Positions 56,781 to 64,000 of a stretch of 64,000 bases of DNA are shown here, piece after piece. The stretch is from Chrysomallon squamiferum (Eukaryota; Animalia; Mollusca). Every line of letters starts with the position of its first letter. Within the stretch, counting starts at the first letter, position 1. The DNA lies in assembly GCA_012295275.1 (NCBI GenBank), contig CM022671.1, forward strand, positions 19,034,001 to 19,098,000, given 5' to 3'. Below the pieces are notes generated by a model that had not been told where the DNA came from, did no database searches, and saw only the letters and a program-made list of their open reading frames with translations. A program made the translations under genes and the position numbers.

Positions 56781-59700
56781 ACGATTTTCTTAAATAATCG
56801 TTATACCTACAAAAAATGTTTTATTTTCTGTTGCTTTTATTATTATTATTATTATTTGCTGAAACTAACCATAACTTGAAATATCAGTCGTGTTTAACCT
56901 TGAAAATTTGAGGACACTCGAAAGTGATAATTTTCACTATTGATAGATACTGTGCTACATAAAAACATAACGTTGTAGCATTAGGTCATTAATGTTTTCT
57001 ACATATTCCAGTTTGAAGAATTAATTACCAAGGAAGGGTAACATGTTTAATAAATTAGCCATGCCTGACAATAAAAAAAAAAAAAAAAATAAAATAAATA
57101 AATAAATTAAAAGTTTTATTTGTAAAATAATTTTGTATAGCCTTATCTTAATAAAGAATATAGTTAAAAATAACAGTAAAGTACGAAATTTAGTTTTTTA
57201 AATGGTTTAGGTTTTTAGTGATTTTTGGCCATTTCTTTCAGTACAGGTACCTTTCAAATAACCTTTTTTGGTGCTTGTGAATTTTATCAGACATTTTCTA
57301 AATTGTGAGAAGTACCTTTCCATATTAATCTCTTTAAACATTAAATTTCATCAGACAGGTTTGCCCAGTTTTACTCAGATCCTAATTAAAACTTTGACAT
57401 TAGCTTTATTTTTAAAATCAGTATGAAAGTTTTCTTATTGAAAATGTATCTTGTACAAATTCGAAAAAATATTAGATTACATATCGTATAATAAATTGAT
57501 GATTTACATATATTGTTTTACACCTGACTGCATCATTTCTGTACAAAATTACCCTTCTAATAAAAATGACAAAATAACACTGCAGCAGTTAATGAATTGT
57601 TATTTCTGCCTCTGAATCAACAGTCTTATTGTTCAAAAATGTATTAATGAAATTAAATATTTATCCATTATCCAATTATACCATTTTCAGATAAAACTTA
57701 CCTCTTTTATAATAGTTTATAGGTATAGATTATAGGTTTAAGTTATAACAACTAATTATTTTCAGAAAAAAAATATTTATTTCTAGACAAATAAAAACAA
57801 GAATAGATGTACATAAACAAAAAAAGTCTGAGGTATAATTAAGAACATATAGCCATTTCTAAGATAGACAAAAAGAATAAATTTCCAGTAGGAAGATTTG
57901 GTTCATTTATTTTATGATTTAATCTAAACATTTATTAAAATCATGATGGAAAAGTTTACCTTCTATTTACAAAATATTTTTTAAGTATAAATCAAAACAA
58001 TTTACCCATGCCATGCAGAAATAACTGTGTGGAAAAATAACCATGTACAAGACAAAAGTAGTTGGAAAAATATTTTCAACTAAATTTAAATCAATTTAGC
58101 TTTTGTTATGCTAGTGAAGGAAAAACAAAATCTTAGGAATTGGTGTAAAAATTTAATCTGATATTACTTTAAAAAGAATACAAAAATCTACAATCTAACT
58201 CTATAAAGTAATTAAAATATGTATCAAATATAAATGGTATACCATGAAATCAAGTGAAGTTTTGATAGATGGAAATAGATGCAAGCAACTGTAAAATTCT
58301 ACTAAAGCAAATGTTTTATATGACCACCAAAGTAGCAATGCTATTTCAATTTTTAGTTTACAAATAACGAGAAAATAGGACCAGAAAGAATAATGCAATG
58401 CTCACTTGGATTGTGACCATAAAAATAATAGTTAATTTAAAGCTCTGACACATGTATTATTACATATCTAACTTTCTACCAGTGATATGTTTTAAAAACT
58501 AACATCTATTGACATTTGTGAGATGATCATATAGTGGTATCTCACTGTATTAAAAACATCCACAACACCAAATGCATACATGAAATAAAATAAAAAGCTG
58601 CACAGTTGTGACACAAAACAGTAAGTCACCAGAAAGTCTGAGCTGGAGACCCTCAAAATAAATGATTTTGTGATTTTAAGCTGTAAAGATTTTATTATTC
58701 TGTCCAGCAAAGGTACAGACAGACAAAACACAAAAACACAACACATAAACACAGAATATACATGTACACTTAAATTCTTTTAGGTCAAGCACTACTAATG
58801 CATGGAAATATCTTCCCGATGAATGCCTCTTGTATGACATTATATGTAAGTTGCATGAAAATACCCAAAAGCATGTTAAAAACTACACAAAACTCTGACA
58901 AAAACTTCAAAACCTCAATAGTCAAAATTGCAAATAAATCTGTAACATTAATAAACAAAAATAAATTTATTTTATTTTTGTATTTGTAACTGTAATAAGA
59001 ATTCAAAAAATGTAATTGCAATTACTTTTCCAGATACAGAAATGCAGTTATTACAGGAGCCACATAATTATCCCCATTATAATCAGTATGGTTTATTCAA
59101 AAGAGAAATACTTTACAACAAATGTACAAGATTACAATATGCTCCCATGAAGCAGTTATGATTAATCATCTTGATTCTCAAAGCATTGCCACTATACTAA
59201 CAAAATACCAACATGGGACAAAATACGTGATATTTTTCTGATGTCCAAATCATCCCTGAGAGTTTTTGTTTTTATTAAGTCACAGATCCTTAAAATGAGT
59301 TACATATCTCATGTTTTGGTACTTTCCAAATTAGCCAGGAAAAATAATAATAAAAAGAAATGAAAATAAAATGCCAATAACTCCCGAAGAGAAAAAATAA
59401 ATTAGTAAATAAAAATGTTTACTTGGCCTTCTGTTGATTAATTATACAGGACACCAAACTGTGCTTGACCTACTAGAATTTCATAGAAAATATTGTACAC
59501 TTATCTGCCTGTCCTTCAGTTGAAAATACTAAACAATAATTTCACTTATTTCAGATAAAGTGTATCAGATTAGCTCAGTTTTCACAAAATAAAACTGCCT
59601 CTGTGAACAGGCATGTGGTTATTAAAACAAGAGTAGAACTAACAGTATCTCAACCTATCTAAAATGTCATTTTGTCAGTATTTTTTTTTTTTTTTTTTTG

Positions 59701-59870
59701 TGAAATATACTTTACTGTCTTGAATTTATATGTTACTTTTATGCTCAGGAATATGTTTAAATTCTTCTTCCAAAAATACTAAGAATCTAATCAGCCATCC
59801 AAGACATTTTTCTTTAACAGATGCTTTGTACATTCAGAGTCAAGTTTTCAGATACTGATCAGCAGATAAT

Positions 59871-62745
59871 TTAGTCTTCATCTTCCTCCTCTTCCTCCTC
59901 ATCTTCTTCATCTTCTTCTTCATCATTAACTACTTGTGGAGCTACAGCAGCTCCATTTAAAGATTTTGCCATTTTTGCTCCGGGTGGTACACCACCAGTC
60001 TGCAGTTAGAAAAATATTTTATTATATCATTCATATCTCACAAATAATTCAAAAAGTTACCTGCAATTCATATTTAAGCTTTTCGGAGCAGGTCAACTAT
60101 TCTAACACATTTATATGATATCTAAATCCCCCACTATATTATTTTTAGATGAAGGATGAGAGAGAGAAGATATGTCAAACTTTAAAACATTATTAATTTT
60201 TTTAAATGCAAAGATATAGATTCCCTATGATATATTTGATTTGAAACAAATCCAAATTTCTAGACAAATAATCTGACCCACCTTTCTATACTCTTCCATT
60301 GCAACTTCATATTTCTTGTGTTCTATTGCTGCCATCTCTACATATTTCTTCTTATCGTTATCATTCATACCCCGCCATCTTTCTCCAGCTGCATTAAAAG
60401 TTATGAAGCAAAACCAATTAATAACATACACACACATATATATAAAGACATATTACATTACAAACCAAATATTAAAGGTTTATTGTTAACTTTATGAAAA
60501 AATAATTAGCAGATGATAATATTACACTATGTCCAACAATAACAAAAGTAATATAAATATTAATATGTACACATAGACGCAAACACATACTCACCCAATG
60601 AAAGCATCTGTTTATGATCAACATTTTTTCCTTTCATCTCTATACGAAATTCAGCCAGGAAGCAAAAATATGAAGATGGTGGCTTTTTAGGTTTGTTAAC
60701 ATCCTTCACTTTCCCAGTGTATTCTTCCATCTGAAACAAAATAATAATTTTCCTGATAATACAAAAATAAGCTAATGAAATACCTTCACCAGACAGATGT
60801 AATCCTGTTACATGATTTTTCAAAGGTACCTATAAACAGCCATGTTTCAGGTAACTCTACCATATAATAAACTCAATAATACCAGTCAAGTTTAACCAAA
60901 GTGTTCAGTAATACCCCCACCCCTTTAAATGGTACCCAGGCAGATGCCAGTCTTGCAATACCTTAGGTATATCACTGTGTTTACCTCATCTTATAAACAT
61001 TATCAAAAAACAAAAACAAAAAAAACCAACTAAGATTAGTTGTTTTGAAACTTACTTCTCTTTGGTATCTCTCTTTATCTGTTTCAGCCTGTGCTAAGAA
61101 TGGTTTTTTATCTTCATCAGTCAAAGCATTCCATTTGACAGAACATTCCTTAGTAAAATCACCAATCTAAAAGAAAAATTATTCTAACCATTTTGCAAAA
61201 TACTTTTTTCTATTTTAATATTAACTTAGATGCAATGCAATACAAAATCTGATTGAAGACTTTAACCACAGAGTATTTTTGTTATACTAAACACATAATT
61301 CACCTCAGTATTACATAATTTACTTATTTTATGAATTTCATATTGCTTATTAAATAATGAAAGAGGCCTATATAATATATAAATTTTTATAAAATAAAAT
61401 TTTAAGGATAAAACCCAGAATTCAAAATATGTATCATAGAACAATGAGAATTCAAAAATGATTTTCTTCACTTTTTGAATGAAAATATATAACTCTGAAT
61501 GCAAGATTTAGATGATCAATATTTATTACTAAAAGCAAACAATTTTACCTTTGCAGTGGCAGCTCCACTTTCTTTAGCCTTTTCACGACAATCATGGAGG
61601 AAATAAAAATAAGCAGAAGTTGACCGCTTTGGCTTATTGCTATCCTTAATTTTCCTCTTTTGTGGAGAACTATCTTTTCGTGGACGACCTAGAAGAACAA
61701 TAGAAAATAATTATCTAGAACAAATTTTAGATATCATGTTTGTAACATTTATCTGAAAAGGCAACATTATCTGCTAGAAGTTCTTATCACAAGATGTATC
61801 TTTTCAATCACTGTTATCATAGTATTTAATACAGTTCCACTATGCTGAATACTGCATGTTAATATGGATAAATAATACAAAAATAATTCTTTTTTATAAC
61901 TGGCTACAACTGATTATCAAAACTCCTTTTAAACCTGGTATCATTTACCTCTTATAATAGTATTAAATAATCCACAGACCATAAATAATTCAACATGTAA
62001 ATAAAATAACATGAATTAGGATGAATAAAAACAATGCTAAGTAACTAAACAAAACCAAATTACAATGTTTATTCTGGAATGTTTTGGAAAGGATTGTAAT
62101 GCATTACAATTTAAGTGACCATAAGTAAAATTAAGAATGTTTAAACTGGCTTAAGTTCATAAGTGAAAGTATTATCAACAAAAAAACATTAACAGATCAA
62201 TACTAAATATTTAAATGTACAAATGTCGTAAATTACTATACTGAAGCTCAGAATTTCCCCACGCTTGTTTTCTTATTATTCACTTTTCACTATGTACACA
62301 ATAGACGCATGTCCAAAAAACAACGTTTTTGGAATATACATAACAGCTTTATAGCTTGGTATGATACGTAACATTTTGCGTATATCCAGAAATCGAATGT
62401 AAATCAAGTCTTATTACTACTAAACAAAGATGTTTACCACGCTAATTCCGTCTTTTTTCAAATTCTTTTTTACCATAGTTAAATTTTATTTCAAAATCGT
62501 TTAATAAAAATGGCTCTGGTATTATTTACTTCTTTTTAAATCTATAATACATTCATAAACACTATTAATTATGAAACAAAATTCAAATTATTTTTCTTTC
62601 TTTCTTCTTTTTTTTTTTTTTTTTTTTTTTTCCATATCGTGCTAAAGGCCTGCTTTGTGTTTTGACATTAAAACATCGTTCTAAATTATCAAAAAAGATG
62701 TAAAGATACAGCAGAATATAATCGAATTTAAAATATTATACCCAT
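59871..62745 (-). CDS. HMGB-family protein (two HMG boxes + acidic tail), 6 coding exons, ~208 aa
   Basis: Exons 62745-62742 (ATGG), 61688-61549, 61166-61056, 60730-60595, 60388-60282, 59999-59871; total 627 nt. Box A KPKRSTSAYFYF..FTKECSVKWNALTDEDKKPF..DKERYQREM. Box B KPKKPPSSYFCF..AGERWRGMNDNDKKKY. Tail DEEEDEEDEEEEEEDED. Confidence 0.92.
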
Positions 62746-62759
62746 TTCTTGAAGATATA

Positions 62760-63130
62760 TTTGGTACGCTGCAAACGGCTTTGAAATCTGTCTCTATTGG
62801 ACGTCTCTGATTGTACTGCAAGCTTTAATAATTTATGTAGGCCTAACAAAGGAACAAAGATTTAGCTTTCGCGCCACAAGGGAAAGAACTCCAGCTTTAC
62901 CTGCGAATAGCTTTTAAGGCCAATCTAATAAAATATTTGATTTAAAATTATTCTCATTTACTGAGATTTTATAAATATAGACACTCTTGCAGTCAGAAAT
63001 GTTCCTGATATATATTATTTTAAGATGGCTCAGTCAAGTTTACTTATGACTATAAGATTACAATTAGGCCTGATAATTATTCTGAATTTTGTTAGTTTGT
63101 AAGTTTTATTTAGTTTTGGCGCCAAATAAA
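62760..63130 (-). promoter_or_regulatory. Putative HMGB promoter (CCAAT and E2F sites)
   Basis: ATTGG near 62796 (CCAAT on the minus strand), TTTCGCGC at 62867, palindromic TTTGGCGCCAAA at 63115-63126. Confidence 0.55.
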
Positions 63131-63239
63131 ATAAATATTTAAAACTAAAAATGCGACATATTCTCTTCTATTTGTTTTTTTTAATAAAGCAAAAATAAAT
63201 TATATAATAATTTTTCTTCTTCTTTTTATTATTTTTTTT

Positions 63240-63745
63240 ATTTCGTACTGAGTACACTAAGATTTATCTGCGGATTTTTTGTTTTTTGTTTTTTTGTTTG
63301 TTTGTTTGTTTCTTTGTTTTCCTATATCATTAGTATATGGAGGACATTGAGAATTCCGCGGTTATTTTGTACGAATGGGATGATACAGAGTTTCCCCGGT
63401 TTTTTTCTGTACGGAAGCACTGAGAGTTAACCGGGTTTTGGGGGGGTTGCTGTTTATTCCTTGTACAGAGGACACTGAGGATTCCCCGTTTATTTTGTAC
63501 GAAGGACTCAGAAATACCCGTGTTTTTCTGGAGAGCACTGACAGTTAACCGTTTTTTTTTTTTTTTTTTTCTTTACAGAGGAAATATCTTGTACAGATGA
63601 AACAGAGTTATCAGGGTTTTTCTGTATGGAGTCATACATGTAATTTTTTTTCTGTTGTATTACGGAGAGGACCGGCAGTTCCCCGGTTATTTTATACAAA
63701 GGATACAGAATTACCCGCGTTTCTTTTCTGTACGGAAGACTTTTT
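63240..63745. repeat. Degenerate ~32-35 bp minisatellite
   Basis: Recurrent (tt)tgtac(g/a)ga(a/g)g(g)acact/acagaga(g)tt(a/c)cc(c/g)g units interrupted by poly-T tracts. Confidence 0.7.
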
Positions 63746-64000
63746 TCTTTTAACATGTCGAAATAAAGCGGAACGGGCTTTTTGAAGGAAACTGTAGTCT
63801 TAAGGTGAACTGTTTTCTTTTTCAAAAATATACATTTACCAATGCATTGCTGAGAAAGTTCAACCCCCTGGCGCATATTACAGTAAATAATCCAAACAAA
63901 ATATTAGACAAAAGTTTTCGAAGGACATATCTGAGAAAATTTAATGGCCTAGATATTTTACTTAAAATGATGAATAATTAAATATGTTCCCTGACCAGAT

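Noticed and set aside
63508-63876. 122-aa minus-strand ORF, and the CRISPR-like look of the 33-bp repeat
   Set aside because: The ORF runs through a minisatellite and a poly-T tract. The repeats are contiguous and degenerate without spacers, and the context is eukaryotic with no cas genes.

Overview
Very AT-rich, microsatellite-rich eukaryotic (metazoan) genomic DNA with spliced genes; gene content and repeats suggest a lophotrochozoan, probably a gastropod mollusc (inference). Four conventional multi-exon genes can be reconstructed with GT-AG junctions and consistent phase: an LRRC14/PRAME-like LRR protein (-, 4754-8698), an ABCB9/TAPL-like half ABC transporter (+, 28980-35730), a RASSF1/3/5-like C1-RA-SARAH protein (-, 40138-55873, with a probable large alternative first exon at 49665-50637) and an HMGB protein (-, 59871-62745). 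The most striking element is a head-to-tail array of four ~3.3 kb units (about 13550-26905). Each unit carries a small 63-77 aa ORF with a textbook BH3 motif (TALRLRNIGDELY, close to HRK/BIK/BIM) and a hydrophobic C-terminal tail, i.e. an amplified candidate BH3-only pro-apoptotic gene. Each ORF is bracketed by 270-390 bp inverted repeats, and the units are joined at (GA)n(GT)n microsatellites. Also present: a hAT-type MITE with an intact 8-bp TSD plus a second copy, a fold-back repeat cluster, minisatellites and many simple repeats. All coordinates and splice models were read by eye.
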